Below the pieces are notes generated by a model that saw only the letters and a list, made by a program, of their open reading frames with translations, searched no databases and had not been told where the DNA came from. Position numbers and translations under genes: made by a program. Positions 1 to 8,336 of a stretch of 26,251 bases of DNA are shown here, in pieces (the stretch's first letter is position 1; each line of letters begins with the position of its first letter). Origin of the DNA: a virus (Duplodnaviria; Heunggongvirae; Uroviricota; Caudoviricetes); IMG/VR virus record IMGVR_UViG_2585427768_000003, positions 1-26,251 of that record. The stretch is one strand, 5' to 3'.

Positions 1-1254
1 ATGCTGGAACAAATGGGCATTGCCGCGAAGCAAGCCTCGTATAAATTAGCGCAACTCTCCAGCCGCGAAAAAAATCGCGTGCTGGAAAAAATCGCCGATG
101 AACTGGAAGCACAAAGCGAAATCATCCTCAACGCTAACGCCCAGGATGTTGCTGACGCGCGAGCCAATGGCCTTAGCGAAGCGATGCTTGACCGTCTGGC
201 ACTGACGCCCGCACGGCTGAAAGGCATTGCCGACGATGTACGTCAGGTGTGCAACCTCGCCGATCCGGTGGGGCAGGTAATCGATGGCGGCGTACTGGAC
301 AGCGGCCTGCGTCTTGAGCGTCGTCGCGTACCGCTGGGGGTTATTGGCGTGATTTATGAAGCGCGCCCGAACGTGACGGTTGATGTCGCTTCGCTGTGCC
401 TGAAAACCGGTAATGCGGTGATCCTGCGCGGTGGCAAAGAAACGTGTCGCACTAACGCTGCAACGGTGGCGGTGATTCAGGACGCCCTGAAATCCTGCGG
501 CTTACCGGCGGGTGCCGTGCAGGCGATTGATAATCCTGACCGTGCGCTGGTCAGTGAAATGCTGCGTATGGATAAATACATCGACATGCTGATCCCGCGT
601 GGTGGCGCTGGTTTGCATAAACTGTGCCGTGAACAGTCGACAATCCCGGTGATCACAGGTGGTATAGGCGTATGCCATATTTACGTTGATGAAAGTGTAG
701 AGATCGCTGAAGCATTAAAAGTGATCGTCAACGCGAAAACTCAGCGTCCGAGCACATGTAATACGGTTGAAACGTTGCTGGTGAATAAAAACATCGCCGA
801 TAGCTTCCTGCCCGCATTAAGCAAACAAATGGCGGAAAGCGGCGTGACATTACACGCAGATGCAGCTGCACTGGCGCAGTTGCAGGCAGGCCCTGCGAAG
901 GTGGTTGCTGTTAAAGCCGAAGAGTATGACGATGAGTTTCTGTCATTAGATTTGAACGTCAAAATCGTCAGCGATCTTGACGATGCCATCGCCCATATTC
1001 GTGAACACGGCACACAACACTCCGATGCGATCCTGACCCGCGATATGCGCAACGCCCAGCGTTTTGTTAACGAAGTGGATTCGTCCGCTGTTTACGTTAA
1101 CGCCTCTACGCGTTTTACCGACGGCGGCCAGTTTGGTCTGGGTGCGGAAGTGGCGGTAAGCACACAAAAACTCCACGCGCGTGGCCCAATGGGGCTGGAA
1201 GCACTGACCACTTACAAGTGGATCGGCATTGGTGATTACACCATTCGTGCGTAA
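1..1254 (+). CDS. proA: gamma-glutamyl phosphate reductase (glutamate-5-semialdehyde dehydrogenase)
   Basis: 417-aa ORF starting at window position 1 with ATG; length and sequence match my recall of enterobacterial ProA (aldehyde dehydrogenase fold); lies directly upstream of thrW as in E. coli. Confidence 0.93.
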
Positions 1255-1258
1255 ATAA

Positions 1259-1323
1259 AACCGGGTGATGCAAAAGTAGCCATTTGATTCACAAGGCCAT
1301 TGACGCATCGCCCGGTTAGTTTT
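1259..1323 (+). terminator. putative proBA operon terminator (13-bp stem, large loop, U-rich tail)
   Basis: arms 1259..1271 AACCGGGTGATGC and 1305..1317 GCATCGCCCGGTT pair with one G-U, followed by AGTTTTAA; begins 5 nt after the proA stop. Confidence 0.35.
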
Positions 1324-1368
1324 AACCTTGTCCACCGTGATTCACGTTCGTGAACATGTCCTTTCAGG

Positions 1369-1444
1369 GCCGATATAGCTCAGTTGGTAGAGCAGCGCAT
1401 TCGTAATGCGAAGGTCGTAGGTTCGACTCCTATTATCGGCACCA
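1369..1444 (+). tRNA. thrW: tRNA-Thr (anticodon CGU)
   Basis: 76-nt sequence GCCGATATAGCTCAGTTGGTAGAGCAGCGCATTCGTAATGCGAAGGTCGTAGGTTCGACTCCTATTATCGGCACCA; acceptor stem GCCGATA/TATCGGC, anticodon loop TTCGTAA, T-loop GGTTCGACTCC, encoded CCA. Confidence 0.92.
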
Positions 1445-1446
1445 TT
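1399..1446. repeat. attL core: 48 bp identical to 25669..25716 (3' part of thrW)
   Basis: exact 48-bp direct repeat ATTCGTAATGCGAAGGTCGTAGGTTCGACTCCTATTATCGGCACCATT; flanking bases diverge on both sides. Confidence 0.85.
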
Positions 1447-1458
1447 TAAATCAATAAG

Positions 1459-2622
1459 TTACACATCATTAGTACCTTCCTTATTTTTTGACTGGGACAA
1501 ATTTGGGACCGATGGGTTCAGGATCGAGTCTATTTGCCGTGCGTGTTCGGTAAGGTGATTAGGTGCAAGGTGAGCATATCGACGAACCATTTCGATAGAC
1601 TCCCAGCCTCCCATTTCCTGTAACACTGACAACGGGACTCCGGCTTGAACCAGCCAACTTGCCCAGGTGTGTCTCAAGTCGTGAAATCTGAAATCATCAA
1701 TATCAGCCCGTCTCAGCGCCGCTTTCCAGGCTGTGTTTGCGTCATACCGCATCTTCCTTACTGTTGGCGCTTTCGTTCCGTCTGGTTTGGTACAGCTTTC
1801 CTTGTACACAAATACCCAACGGTGATGATTCCCGATTTGTTTTTTCAATACGCGACATGCAGTATCATTCAGCGCAACGCCAATTGCGCGGTTTGATTTA
1901 CTCTCTTCCGGGTTTATCCATGCCACCCGGCGCTGCATATCTATTTGTTGCCATTCAAGGTTGATGATGTTCGAGCGTCTTAAACCTGTTGCCAGTGCAA
2001 ATTCAACAACAGACTTTAATGGCTCCGGACATTCATCAATCAGCCTTTGTGCTTCATGGGGCTCCAGCCAGCGGATCCGTTTATTCTTTGGTTGAGGCAC
2101 TTTAATAATTGGTGCCTTATCCAGCATTTTCCATTCACGCTCTGCGGCTCTTAGTAGGGCCTTTATAAATGAAAGATGCGTAGCCTTCGTTGCAACGGAC
2201 GCTGGTTTTGGCGTGTATTCTGGAACAGGTTTCCCTTTTTTTCTGCATGCTTCTGCCCTGAGTCTCCAGTTTTCCTCATGACGCCGGTTCGTCATTTTCT
2301 GCATTGCTGAATAAATTTTTGATTCAGTAATGTCTCTTAGTTGCATTCCTGCGAAATGTTGAAGCCAGAATCCGATCCGGCTTTTGTCATCGTCCAGTGA
2401 TTTTTTATGTGCTTTCTCTTCAAGCCACCTGACACACGCTTCCTCGAACGTTATATCAGGTATTTCACCAAGTTTGCTGACCCGCCATGCTTCAGCCTTT
2501 AGCTTGTCATGGAGTTCTGTCGCCTGCCTTTTGTCCTTTGTTCCAAGAGACTGTTTAAATCTTTTACCGTTCGGCAATGTGAAACTGGCGTACCATATTT
2601 CACCTCTGCGGAAGAGTGACAT
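1459..2622 (-). CDS. int: tyrosine site-specific integrase (P22-like)
   Basis: 387 aa; C-terminal [10 protein letters not shown] and RRYAHL motifs typical of tyrosine recombinases; N-terminus matches my recall of P22 Int; ATG at 2622 with GAGGA Shine-Dalgarno; adjacent to tRNA att site. Confidence 0.9.
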   Translation of the reverse strand: MSLFRRGEIWYASFTLPNGKRFKQSLGTKDKRQATELHDKLKAEAWRVSKLGEIPDITFEEACVRWLEEKAHKKSLDDDKSRIGFWLQHFAGMQLRDITESKIYSAMQKMTNRRHEENWRLRAEACRKKGKPVPEYTPKPASVATKATHLSFIKALLRAAEREWKMLDKAPIIKVPQPKNKRIRWLEPHEAQRLIDECPEPLKSVVEFALATGLRRSNIINLEWQQIDMQRRVAWINPEESKSNRAIGVALNDTACRVLKKQIGNHHRWVFVYKESCTKPDGTKAPTVRKMRYDANTAWKAALRRADIDDFRFHDLRHTWASWLVQAGVPLSVLQEMGGWESIEMVRRYAHLAPNHLTEHARQIDSILNPSVPNLSQSKNKEGTNDV

Positions 2623-2849
2623 TTTCTTTCCTCTGTTATGCCATCACCCGCGCTCACCTGGACAGTATGCAGCGGAGACTGAAGAGCCGCAATGCAGGCT
2701 TGTCGTGTTGTGAGGTAAGGAGATTTATTCTTAGTGGGATCTTTGCGTGTTGCCTGAAGACGCCCTGTGCGTATCCAGTTAATGGCAGTCGGTCTGGATA
2801 TCTTGAGAAAATGACAGGCCTCATCGAGTGTGAGGCTGTATGGCTCCAT
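2499..2849 (-). CDS. xis: excisionase / AlpA-like helix-turn-helix protein
   Basis: 116 aa starting [31 protein letters not shown] (AlpA/Xis-type HTH); ATG at 2849 shares one base with the upstream stop (TAATG); 3' end overlaps int start as in lambdoid xis-int. Confidence 0.7.
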   Translation of the reverse strand: MEPYSLTLDEACHFLKISRPTAINWIRTGRLQATRKDPTKNKSPYLTTRQACIAALQSPLHTVQVSAGDGITEERKCHSSAEVKYGTPVSHCRTVKDLNSLLEQRTKGRRQNSMTS

Positions 2850-3154
2850 TATTTCACCTCTTGCTGTGACATTGTTGAAAAATGGATACCAGCTCGTTGC
2901 TGCCAGACGATCCAACCGAGAGTCATATCCCATGCCATGTATTCGTTATCGCCGTTTTTTGCTCTCCGACGATCTACTAAGTCACCGAAACGCTTTTCCA
3001 TGAATAATTCATAAGCTTCGCGTTCATCTGGTTCTACTTCCAGAGATAGGAGTGCGATTTCATAAGCACGGCGCTCAATATCGTCTCGCACGTCAAGGCT
3101 GTTGATACGCTCTTTAATTTCTTTAATCAGTTCTTTGTCGGTAAAAGTGGTCAT
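2849..3154 (-). CDS. hypothetical early-region phage protein (acidic, 101 aa)
   Basis: ORF with ATG at 3154 preceded by GGAG; start overlaps upstream stop (TAATG) indicating translational coupling. Confidence 0.6.
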   Translation of the reverse strand: MTTFTDKELIKEIKERINSLDVRDDIERRAYEIALLSLEVEPDEREAYELFMEKRFGDLVDRRRAKNGDNEYMAWDMTLGWIVWQQRAGIHFSTMSQQEVK

Positions 3155-3516
3155 TATGCTCCAGCCTCCGGTGCTTTTGGCATTACTGCCCAGTGAGTGA
3201 TATTGACGTTTTCAAGGTCCCCGACCTGAAATGTCCACTGCCATTCTCCGGTTTCTTTTTGTCCCCAGGTGTACCAGAGAGAACGCCAGCCAATTAGCCA
3301 GCCTTCTCCGTTAGCATCGAATAACAAAACACTTTCATTTGCTGGTGGCAGTTCAGTTGACACTGGTATTACTTTGTTTTCCTGTGCTGCACATTTAGCT
3401 TCAAGCGCATCGAATTTACGCACCAGGTATTCAGCATCTGTTTCATTTACTTTCAGATCTCGCGGTACACATCTCCCACGAAGAAACCCTTCCATTTCGA
3501 AAACATTCATGCGCAT
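3154..3516 (-). CDS. hypothetical early-region phage protein (Trp-rich C-terminus, possibly DUF551-like)
   Basis: 120-aa ORF, ATG at 3516 with GGAG upstream; overlaps the HD-domain gene stop by 10 nt. Confidence 0.6.
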   Translation of the reverse strand: MRMNVFEMEGFLRGRCVPRDLKVNETDAEYLVRKFDALEAKCAAQENKVIPVSTELPPANESVLLFDANGEGWLIGWRSLWYTWGQKETGEWQWTFQVGDLENVNITHWAVMPKAPEAGA

Positions 3517-4043
3517 TTGCGTAACTCCGATAACTCGTTAAAGCGTTCCATAAACATCCCGTAGGCATGGCCCGGTGCCAGTGGAATCACGTTGAACATC
3601 TCTGTTGCCGGGATACCTTCCAGTACAGGCCAGAAAGAGCCATCATCAAGCCCGAGATCGCGGCGTTCGGTTGCCAGCATGATGAGATCGGCATATTTCA
3701 CGGGCGTACTCATAACTGGGGGTAACCCGTATTTCTCACGGATTACGGCGTCTATTTTTTCTTCCATTTGTTTATAGTCAGGAAGAAGGCGTTTCAGTGG
3801 TGCGGGAATGTCCTGGCAATACGCTTCTGTTGCATCATGCATTAACGCTTCAAAAGCAAATTCCTGCGGCACCAGCTGGCTGCAAAGAACCGCATGTTGG
3901 GCGACGCTGTAGAAGTGCGAAAGATGACCGGCAAAGCGACAGATATTTGAAAGGGAAACCGCGATATCGTTAATATCGATGTCGTCTTTATTTATCCTGT
4001 CATAATAAAAATGCTTCCCGGAAAAAGTTTTAATAAATGACAT
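3507..4043 (-). CDS. HD-domain phosphohydrolase (YfdR-like 5'-deoxynucleotidase family)
   Basis: metal-binding His in SVAQHAVL and HD dyad in LMHDATEAY; ORF track start 4070 is GTG, I prefer ATG at 4043 (MSFIKTF) preceded by GGAG at 6-nt spacing. Confidence 0.75.
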   Translation of the reverse strand: MSFIKTFSGKHFYYDRINKDDIDINDIAVSLSNICRFAGHLSHFYSVAQHAVLCSQLVPQEFAFEALMHDATEAYCQDIPAPLKRLLPDYKQMEEKIDAVIREKYGLPPVMSTPVKYADLIMLATERRDLGLDDGSFWPVLEGIPATEMFNVIPLAPGHAYGMFMERFNELSELRKCA

Positions 4044-4137
4044 TTTGTTCTCCACGTATATGCGCTGCACCGCGCTGAATTCTGGTAAAAAGAATCCCTC
4101 ACCATCCGGCGATTATTGAGTAAATTACGTTTCCATA

Positions 4138-4159
4138 AATGCCCCCGCAGGGGCATTTG
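4138..4159 (-). other. 9-bp-stem hairpin AAATGCCCC-CGCA-GGGGCATTT between two early genes
   Basis: perfect 9-bp inverted repeat with 4-nt loop, 12 nt after the 4171 stop; no clear U-tract, so possibly an RNA stability or processing element rather than a terminator. Confidence 0.3.
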
Positions 4160-4170
4160 CAGTAATGAAA

Positions 4171-4995
4171 TCAGGCGGTGAAAGTACCAATAAAGGTTTC
4201 TACTTTGCTGTCCTTGAATTTCTCAACAAGCAGATCACGAAATTCGTTAGCCATTTCTTCCTGCACCGCCTCCAGCTGAATAATGCGCAGAACCAGTACA
4301 GGACGATCGCCAGTGATAATACTGAGGCGTAATTTAAACGGACGTTCTTTCAGACCTTCAAACGGAACGCATTTAAATTCAAATGCCACTGGCATAATGT
4401 CTTTGGTCTTCGCTTCGACAGACTCCATCAGGGAGCGTTTGCCGCTGAAGTCATTATCTTCAAAATCAGCGGTCTGGTTTGCTTCAATCGTGATTTTACG
4501 GACAGCCGCAGCCGCTTTTGTTGCCTGAATAGCGTCACCATTAGCATCAAAGCCCACAAGATAGTCTGCCCAGTCTTCAATCCATTCTGCTAGTGACTTC
4601 TGGGAGTTACGCTCGCCGTTAATAGACAACAGAGCAGAGAACGGTGCTGTCTTTTTCAGTTTGAGTGTGGCGGTGTTATCTGCGTGACCTGGTTCATCAA
4701 TAGTACCCAGGTTAAGCACACTGACGGCTCGCATATTATCGGCATCGATAAAGCAGCGGGTGCCTTCATCTGCAAGATCTTTAGAATAACGGGTAAAGTC
4801 ATCGATGCTGGCAGTGGAAAGCGCACCACGGAAACGGAAGCGATTTAAATTAAATTTTTCCAGATCATGAATGCGGAAATTCTCAGGCAATGCCACAGCA
4901 TCGGCACCAATCTTACTGATAATTTCATTAACACCCTGAGCAGAAATAAGGGCATGGATTTGATTAATTGCGGTTGCGTCTAAGTTCTGAGACAT
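4171..4995 (-). CDS. conserved phage protein, YfdQ-like (DUF2303-type)
   Basis: 274-aa ORF, ATG at 4995 with GAGGA upstream; position between the YfdP-like and HD-domain genes mirrors CPS-53 yfdP-yfdQ-yfdR order; family assignment from recall only. Confidence 0.55.
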   Translation of the reverse strand: MSQNLDATAINQIHALISAQGVNEIISKIGADAVALPENFRIHDLEKFNLNRFRFRGALSTASIDDFTRYSKDLADEGTRCFIDADNMRAVSVLNLGTIDEPGHADNTATLKLKKTAPFSALLSINGERNSQKSLAEWIEDWADYLVGFDANGDAIQATKAAAAVRKITIEANQTADFEDNDFSGKRSLMESVEAKTKDIMPVAFEFKCVPFEGLKERPFKLRLSIITGDRPVLVLRIIQLEAVQEEMANEFRDLLVEKFKDSKVETFIGTFTA

Positions 4996-5060
4996 AATAA
5001 GTCCTCACTATATAAAGATATTCAGTGATGAGATAAATAATCGGTTAATTAAGAACGATA

Positions 5061-5423
5061 TTAATGACCTGCTGCGCGGAGTTTTCCGTCAGGTTCACCG
5101 GCAAGAGTCAGTAATTGTCCCTGGTCTTCCTGCAGAATAGTCAGGCGACCACCGCGATTGACATACATCGGCGTTTCGGTGGTGTCTTCTTCGGAAATTT
5201 TCCCGCGGTTAGTCGGGCGAACATATGAGAGTTTGTGTTTGATTTTCACACGGTTCTCATCAAATGGTTCGATTTCCAGGTTGAGTGAGACCTTACCTTT
5301 GGTTTTCGTGTTCATCACACCGGAAGCGACTTCACTGAGAACTGCGCCGATTTTGGTTTCAAATACGCCGCCGTCCAGCTCCCCAATAAATGCCTGCACA
5401 TCAGTACTGCGTTCGCTAGCCAT
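5061..5423 (-). CDS. hypothetical early phage protein (YfdP-like)
   Basis: 120 aa from ATG at 5423 (MASERSTDVQ...) preceded by AGGAG at 7-nt spacing; the ORF-track extension to 5741 runs through GC-rich structured noncoding DNA and is rejected. Confidence 0.65.
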   Translation of the reverse strand: MASERSTDVQAFIGELDGGVFETKIGAVLSEVASGVMNTKTKGKVSLNLEIEPFDENRVKIKHKLSYVRPTNRGKISEEDTTETPMYVNRGGRLTILQEDQGQLLTLAGEPDGKLRAAGH

Positions 5424-5471
5424 TTTTCTGCTCCTAATCATATCGACCCTGCAAGGTCGGTTGGTTTCTCC

Positions 5472-5560
5472 ACAAAACAGAGAAGAACACCTGCGGTGGC
5501 AGCCGCCCGGATGGATTGGGTTATGAGCCCGTCGTCCGGTGATGTTCTTCTCTGTTTTGT
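5472..5560. repeat. 18-bp perfect inverted repeat (ACAAAACAGAGAAGAACA / TGTTCTTCTCTGTTTTGT) with 53-nt GC-rich spacer
   Basis: arms 5472..5489 and 5543..5560 are exact reverse complements; sits in a ~440-bp noncoding interval upstream of the YfdP-like gene. Confidence 0.8.
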
Positions 5561-5861
5561 AAAAAGAGCGGTACCAGCCGGAAGCAAGTGTACAAACTGG
5601 TACCGCGAGGACTACACACAGCATAAAGTTGTGGTGCCGGGTGCCTCCCGGTGCCTGGCGAAAGTTGCACACCAGGCGGGTGGGTATCCACAGAAGGTCG
5701 ACTGTCAGCCTCAACCTTAACCCGCGTGCGCTGAGCCGCATTCACCACAACGCTAAGGATTCTCTCTGGTTGAAAATACTTAGCTGTTATGTGCCTGTCT
5801 TTTCACCACTTCAGGCTCGGTGGTATCTTGGTGTTTTCATATAGCCAAGAAGGAAATAGTT

Positions 5862-6053
5862 ATGACCAAAGAAGAAAAAATTCTTTATTTATTCCAACTA
5901 TCGGTTAAGACTCACACTGCATATCAGACTGCTGCCATGACATCAGATAAAAATTACAGTACGTCAGAAAACCCGATAGACGACATAAGCAAGCTTTACG
6001 ATAAGTTCGAAGCACTACTCGATAAAAAGTTTGCTGAGGCTGGGCTTGAGTGA
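5862..6053 (+). CDS. small hypothetical protein (63 aa), opposite orientation to the early-left operon
   Basis: ATG at 5862 preceded by AAGGAA; AT-richer than neighbours; 3' end overlaps the convergent ORF 6015..6221. Confidence 0.45.
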   Translation: MTKEEKILYLFQLSVKTHTAYQTAAMTSDKNYSTSENPIDDISKLYDKFEALLDKKFAEAGLE

Positions 6054-6221
6054 TTGTTGAATAATCGACAAAACCCAACTTAAATTTTCGTCAGTGGGCT
6101 CGATGCCATGTGCGGTGAGCTCACTTTTCAAAACTCCAAGCAATTCAGAGCTGATTTTCAATATATCTGCTTGATTTCTAACTATTCCCACTTTTTCCTC
6201 CCTTGGTCTACGCGCGGTCAT
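6015..6221 (-). CDS. small hypothetical protein (68 aa), first ORF downstream of the putative leftward early promoter
   Basis: ATG at 6221; basic N-terminus MTARRPREEK; weak Shine-Dalgarno; positional analogue of lambda N or rex, no family recognised. Confidence 0.35.
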   Translation of the reverse strand: MTARRPREEKVGIVRNQADILKISSELLGVLKSELTAHGIEPTDENLSWVLSIIQQSLKPSLSKLFIE

Positions 6222-6399
6222 GTTTTACGCCCAAACGACTTCACAGTTATTGTTTAAAATCTGGACTTTCATTTCATACACCTGCTTTAACATGAGTGCC
6301 TAGTGGCACAACATGACTCAACGAATCATCCTGGACTTCATATGCCCCAGGCGGCTACTTCGTGGGCGTCCTGCCTGTTCGTTATCTTTGATATAAAAT

Positions 6400-6464
6400 C
6401 TAACTTAACTTAGTTATTATGGCAAGAGAAAACACCAAACTTTTCTTAGTTCGGTGCCTTAGTT
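6400..6464. promoter_or_regulatory. OL-like operator cluster (CTTAGTT half-sites at 6409, 6445, 6458; dyad CTAAC-TTAA-CTTAG at 6400..6413)
   Basis: same 7-mer recurs in the cI-cro intergenic region; AT-rich interval immediately downstream of cI. Confidence 0.4.
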
Positions 6465-6478
6465 AGAGAAGAGAGGTC

Positions 6479-7105
6479 TTAGAGTTCGTATTGAACTCCT
6501 TTGACTACACCAATGATAAGGCAATTACCATTGATAGGGATGTTGGGATACCGAGGATTTAATGGCACTAAAAACTTTTGAGGGCCATCGATGACTAATT
6601 TTTTTACTGTAGCTTCGTTTGTTCCATCAAGTCGAGCGATGACTATTTTTCCATGACGAGGTTCTGCATCTGGATCTACAATCACTGTTGCGCCTTCTGG
6701 TATTGTTGGGAGGCCATTAGGGTTAGTCATGGAGTCACCTTTAACCTCTAATGCAAATGAGTTATCACCAATCTTTAATGATGTATCTACCCACTTGTCC
6801 ACTTCACTAAACACTTCTGCTGCCCTGCACTCAGTAAACTGCCCAGCCTGAACCCACGATATTACAGGAACTCTGCGCATGTTTGTGACGAGTTTGCCTT
6901 CAAACTCAGCACCATAAAGAATGTAATCTATTGACGTATTGAAGAACTTCGCTAATTTCGAAAGTGCCTCCCCACCAGGGGTATTGATGTCTTTCTCCCA
7001 GTACCCCACAGCAACGTCGCTTACTCCACAAAATTTACCCAATTCTTTCTGGGACGTTCCGGTAACTCTTCTCAGAGCTTTTATACGCTGACCAACCGTT
7101 TCCAT
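6479..7105 (-). CDS. CI-like prophage repressor (HTH_XRE N-terminus, S24 LexA-type peptidase C-terminus)
   Basis: 208 aa; N-terminal HTH (QKELGKFCGVSDVAVGYWEKD), C-terminal GDSM serine motif and downstream Lys; ATG at 7105 has no Shine-Dalgarno, compatible with a leaderless PRM-type transcript. Confidence 0.88.
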   Translation of the reverse strand: METVGQRIKALRRVTGTSQKELGKFCGVSDVAVGYWEKDINTPGGEALSKLAKFFNTSIDYILYGAEFEGKLVTNMRRVPVISWVQAGQFTECRAAEVFSEVDKWVDTSLKIGDNSFALEVKGDSMTNPNGLPTIPEGATVIVDPDAEPRHGKIVIARLDGTNEATVKKLVIDGPQKFLVPLNPRYPNIPINGNCLIIGVVKGVQYEL

Positions 7106-7127
7106 AGGAGCACCATTTCTTGAATTG

Positions 7128-7192
7128 CTAAGTAATCTTAGTTTTTATTGACCAAAGATAGATTTGTAATTAGCATCTAATAAAACTTAGTT
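7128..7192. promoter_or_regulatory. OR-like operators and putative PR promoter (-35 TTGACC 7148..7153, -10 TAGCAT 7171..7176)
   Basis: dyads CTAAG-TAAT-CTTAG (7128..7141), ATTAG-CAT-CTAAT (7169..7181), CTAAT-AAAA-CTTAG (7177..7190) in the 97-bp interval between divergent cI and cro. Confidence 0.5.
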
Positions 7193-7202
7193 TGGAGGGC
7201 GT

Positions 7203-7403
7203 ATGACAACTGACGATATCGAAAGCTACTTCGGCAGTATTGAGAAAGTTGCTGCTTTTTTCGGCATAACAACTGAAGCCGTTTATCAGTGGCGAAACCG
7301 TCCGGGCCAGTTAATTCCAAAAGGACGTGCAGCAGAAGCTGCATATAGAACTTGCGGACGGTTGCCATTTAAACCTGAGCTTTATGAAAAATCTAATGGA
7401 TAA
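7203..7403 (+). CDS. Cro-like small HTH regulator
   Basis: 66 aa, divergent from cI, ATG at 7203 preceded by GGAGGG; HTH-like segment IEKVAAFFGITTEAVYQWRNR. Confidence 0.75.
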   Translation: MTTDDIESYFGSIEKVAAFFGITTEAVYQWRNRPGQLIPKGRAAEAAYRTCGRLPFKPELYEKSNG

Positions 7404-7992
7404 ATCGATTAACAGAAACCACAGAACGATGAGGCTAACCGTGGGTAAGCATCACTGGAAAGTAGAAAAACAGCCTGAGTGGTACGTGAAAGCTGTCAGA
7501 AAAACTATCGCAGCGTTGCCGGGTGGTTACGCTGAAGCAGCTGACTGGCTGGATGTAACAGAAAACGCATTATTTAACCGTCTTCGTGCCGATGGCGATC
7601 AGATTTTCCCGCTGGGATGGGCAATGATTTTGCAACGTGCTGGTGGAACTCACTTCATTGCTGACGCTGTGGCGCAGTCTGCAAATGGCGTCTTTGTGTC
7701 TCTTCCTGACGTCGAGGATGTGGACAACGCCGATATTAACCAGCGCCTGCTGGAAGTCATTGAACAGATTGGCAGTTATTCCAGACAGATTCGTTCGGCA
7801 ATCGAAGACGGTGTGGTGGAACCGCATGAGAAGACAGCAATTAACGACGAGCTGTATCTCTCAATTTCGAAGCTGCAGGAGCATGCAGCACTGGTCTACA
7901 AAATCTTTTGCATTTCAGAAAGTAATGACGCCCGCGAGTGTGCAGCTCCGGGCGCCGTGGCGTGTCGTGACTGTGGAGAAACTAACGCATGA
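7384..7992 (+). CDS. CII-like / YdaT-family-like phage regulatory protein
   Basis: ORF downstream of cro in the CII position; start uncertain (ATG at 7384, 7396 or 7429, all weak Shine-Dalgarno; the track start 7327 overlaps cro and is rejected); family from recall only. Confidence 0.45.
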   Translation: MKNLMDKSINRNHRTMRLTVGKHHWKVEKQPEWYVKAVRKTIAALPGGYAEAADWLDVTENALFNRLRADGDQIFPLGWAMILQRAGGTHFIADAVAQSANGVFVSLPDVEDVDNADINQRLLEVIEQIGSYSRQIRSAIEDGVVEPHEKTAINDELYLSISKLQEHAALVYKIFCISESNDARECAAPGAVACRDCGETNA

Positions 7993-8327
7993 ACAGTTTA
8001 ACAACACACTACCGTCGCTCGCAACTGATTGCGCTTCCTGTACCGGGTGGAAAAGCGAAGGTGGAGTATTGCTATGCAGTTAATGTACCAGGTGACAGGG
8101 AAATTGTAACCCACAGCTTTGCTGAGTGGGCTGTGGGTGATTTCAACCGGCAGAAGGAGACAGTCCTTTGCGACAAGTTAACCGCTGGTTCAAAGATCAC
8201 TACGGAGTGCCCGTCAGAGTCATTCGTTGGGAGCCGGAAACACAACGAGTTATCTACCTCCGCGAAGGCTATGAGCATGAGTGCTTCAGCCCGCTCGAAC
8301 AGTTTCGTCGTAAATTCAGGGAAATAG
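7989..8327 (+). CDS. hypothetical protein, possibly frameshifted (alternative frame open 8141..8347)
   Basis: ATG at 7989 overlaps upstream stop (ATGA); C-terminal part in this frame is Ser/Ala-rich low complexity while the -1 frame from 8141 reads protein-like ([36 protein letters not shown]...). Confidence 0.4.
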   Translation: MNSLTTHYRRSQLIALPVPGGKAKVEYCYAVNVPGDREIVTHSFAEWAVGDFNRQKETVLCDKLTAGSKITTECPSESFVGSRKHNELSTSAKAMSMSASARSNSFVVNSGK

Positions 8328-8336
8328 AGGTCGGTC

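Noticed and set aside
741-1335. Minus-strand ORFs 741..1052 and 946..1335 overlapping proA
   Set aside because: Embedded antisense in the conserved proA gene; no ribosome-binding signals and artefactual composition.
5061-5741. 226-aa minus-strand ORF from the track
   Set aside because: Only the last 120 codons (from ATG at 5423 with a strong AGGAG) look like a gene; the upstream extension crosses the GC-rich interval with the 18-bp inverted repeat and reads as Arg/Cys/Pro-rich junk.
7177-7368. Minus-strand 63-aa ORF and the 7327 start of the 221-aa plus ORF
   Set aside because: Both overlap the cro-like gene or operator region; the CII-like gene more plausibly starts at or after 7384.
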